Positions 61,966 through 64,000 of a stretch of 64,000 bases of DNA are shown here, piece by piece. Below the pieces are notes generated by a model. That model ran no database searches. It was not told the origin of the DNA and saw nothing but the letters and a program-made list of their open reading frames with translations. The position numbers and the translations under genes are program-made. Each line of letters begins with the position of its first letter. Position 1 is the stretch's first letter. The DNA is from TPA_inf: Saccharomyces (Eukaryota): contig BK006946.2 in the NCBI GenBank assembly GCA_000146045.2, forward strand, positions 416,001 to 480,000, in the 5' to 3' direction.

Positions 61966-62300
61966 AGAAAGAACAAGTTGGCCCTGTTGTCCTTAGCTCG
62001 CAAGCTCAGGGGCAGCAGCGTGTGTTGAGATTAGAGAACCGCTCGACCTCAACGGATGATAGTATGATTTTAGTACATACAGGGAACGTCCTCTACCCAC
62101 GTTTTATTGTTGTTGCATTTACTTTTGAACAGCGACAGGGGGGAAGGTGTAAAGGAGGAAAAGCAACCTGCATGGCTAGTGTTCAAAGTTACAAGGTAAC
62201 AATGCAAATCAGTAGTATGACAATTATTTACCCGCTATTTATTTTTTTTTCTCTTTAACTGTGGTGACGAAAACATAACTCAAAGGATGTTAGACCTTTT

Positions 62301-64000
62301 TTAATTATTGCTATTGTTTGGACTTCCCCTACTGTGTTGTTCACCGCGCTTCAATAGCGTTTCTAGGTCCGGGATCTTTTCCCTCTCAAGCTCAGTTTTT
62401 AGTTCGGAGTCGAGTTTTAATTTGTCTACTTTCTTGATGCCGAGCACTTCAACCAATTTTGTGCTATCAAATTTCTTGTGCGTGTAAGGACTTATTTTGT
62501 TTTTCAATGAGTCAGGAAGCTCTGGGATTTCAAATTCCCTGGAATCATTGATCATCAGTTGGTGAATCCATTCCAGTAGCACCTGTTGTTGCCTGTAGAC
62601 AAAAACCGTGGGTATTCTAAGAGGATCCTTTTTGTTTTCCTCTTGGTCTTTATTTAAAGAGGGAAGTGGGAGAGTGGTGTCTGTTGTTACTTCGCCTATG
62701 GGTTGATAGTAGTTGCCTAACGGAATCTCTGGTAGCTCATCTGTATCCATTGAATCTACAAATTGTTCCATAAGCTCATCGATTTGATGCCCGTCTGTTT
62801 CCTTTTTCAGCGGTACCCCGGATGTAGTTGTTCGATCCAGAAGTTTTGGAAAATCAGTTACCCTCTCGTCTTCCGCGAATGGTAATCTACACAAGGTAAG
62901 GCTCTTAACAAACTTCTTCTCGGAATTAATGTTACTGTGCTCAATTAGAACGGGACACAATGCACACATATTCACTTCACTGTCTTTCTTGCTCACATAT
63001 CTTGCAACAGCAATTTTTCTATTTTCTAGCATAACATCCACTAGAGCACTGAAAGCCATTAAGTCAGATTGACAGCCAAGTCTTGTGTCGGCGGTAATGA
63101 AGGAGGATTCCGACGTCAAAAAGTACCTTGGAAGAGCTTCTCTATTCAAAAATCCTCTTAAATCCAAGCCTGGAAAAGATTCATATACAGTTTGATCGAC
63201 TAGAACGGACGGTAGCACTACGTAGTCTGCACCATAACGGTATGCCTTCGTTACAGAGTCTTTGGAGATGGTCACGGGAATGTATGACGATCCAGACTGG
63301 TCATCTTCACTGACATTTTTCTTATTTCCTTCGTTGTGAATTTCATATTCGATTATGGATTTGACCCCCACATACCTTTCTTTCTTCTGGGAGTCTTCCA
63401 CCTCAACAGCGGTTTTCCTATTTAAGCCTGAAACTGCTTTCGTAGCAGGAAAAGCCTCTACCTTGATACATAAGCAATTTTCATCTTGCATGCTGCCGCT
63501 AGGATTCGATGTTTGTGTTGATAATATATCTGCCCCTAACCTAAGCTCGCCTGAGAATACTCTTACTGGCTTAACGACAGATGTTGCTGGGGAAGTGATT
63601 TCAACAAGAAGTTCATTCATATTGTAGATTCTTGAATTCGGTATCGCTTCGACCAACTTTAACCAGTTCGATTTTTTCCTCTCCTCTTGAGTGTCTTTAC
63701 CGCAATCAATCAAAATGATTCTTGTGCTTAATTCTTCCGTTAGCAGGTCTATTTCTTCATCAGTAATATCCAGATCATCTAAATTGTCTGTAAATACAAC
63801 AATTTGTTTTAGAATTTTTCTTGCTTGAAATTGTTGTTTAATATCTAATGAGACGACCAACAGACATTGAATCATTGATTGTAAGCCTTCATTCGAACTA
63901 TCATGACTGTGCTGATCACAATATTGTTTCAGGCGTTTTATAAACCCAATGGTGGCCGTCGTGGTAACAGGAGCCAAAAAGGATTGTATTTGGAACACAT
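62301..64000 (-). CDS. YKU80: Ku80 subunit of the Ku heterodimer (C-terminal ~566 codons; N-terminus lies beyond the window)
   Basis: The frame stays open to the window edge. The sequence ...VFQIQSFLAPVTTTATIGFIKRLKQY matches internal Yku80 sequence. Confidence 0.85.
   Translation of the reverse strand, partial: VFQIQSFLAPVTTTATIGFIKRLKQYCDQHSHDSSNEGLQSMIQCLLVVSLDIKQQFQARKILKQIVVFTDNLDDLDITDEEIDLLTEELSTRIILIDCGKDTQEERKKSNWLKLVEAIPNSRIYNMNELLVEITSPATSVVKPVRVFSGELRLGADILSTQTSNPSGSMQDENCLCIKVEAFPATKAVSGLNRKTAVEVEDSQKKERYVGVKSIIEYEIHNEGNKKNVSEDDQSGSSYIPVTISKDSVTKAYRYGADYVVLPSVLVDQTVYESFPGLDLRGFLNREALPRYFLTSESSFITADTRLGCQSDLMAFSALVDVMLENRKIAVARYVSKKDSEVNMCALCPVLIEHSNINSEKKFVKSLTLCRLPFAEDERVTDFPKLLDRTTTSGVPLKKETDGHQIDELMEQFVDSMDTDELPEIPLGNYYQPIGEVTTDTTLPLPSLNKDQEENKKDPLRIPTVFVYRQQQVLLEWIHQLMINDSREFEIPELPDSLKNKISPYTHKKFDSTKLVEVLGIKKVDKLKLDSELKTELEREKIPDLETLLKRGEQHSRGSPNNSNN

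Overview
This window is nuclear DNA from Saccharomyces cerevisiae, chromosome XIII right arm, running in order from YMR076C (PDS5) to YMR106C (YKU80, truncated at the window edge). I recognised this by eye from protein-level matches to many known yeast proteins; no search was run. I call 30 protein-coding genes, including one spliced gene (SEC14, with a 156-nt intron after a 9-nt first exon). I call two tRNA genes, tRNA-Val(AAC) and tRNA-Asp(GUC). Each tRNA gene has a Ty1/Ty2 delta LTR, or a decayed copy of one, a few hundred bp upstream, which is the classic Ty integration pattern. The ORF track marks TTG codons as 'M' at several ORF starts (e.g. 9208, 21377, 39822, 15098), so I re-derived true ATG starts from protein sequence and length. 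There is nothing prokaryotic here: no CRISPR array, no defence islands, no operons. I therefore see no evidence for a new 'system'. The points most worth a second look are: (a) a GFA1 paralogue split into two ORFs by a frameshift at a C6 homopolymer (YMR084W/YMR085W); (b) an unusually GC-rich, hairpin-rich roughly 0.5-kb island between YMR102C and YPK2 that carries only overlapping dubious ORFs; (c) a 3.7-kb gene-poor stretch between ISF1 and ADH3; and (d) clean regulatory motif clusters, namely MCB boxes before PDS5, three GCN4 sites in the SNO1–SNZ1 divergent promoter, and three STREs before PGM2.
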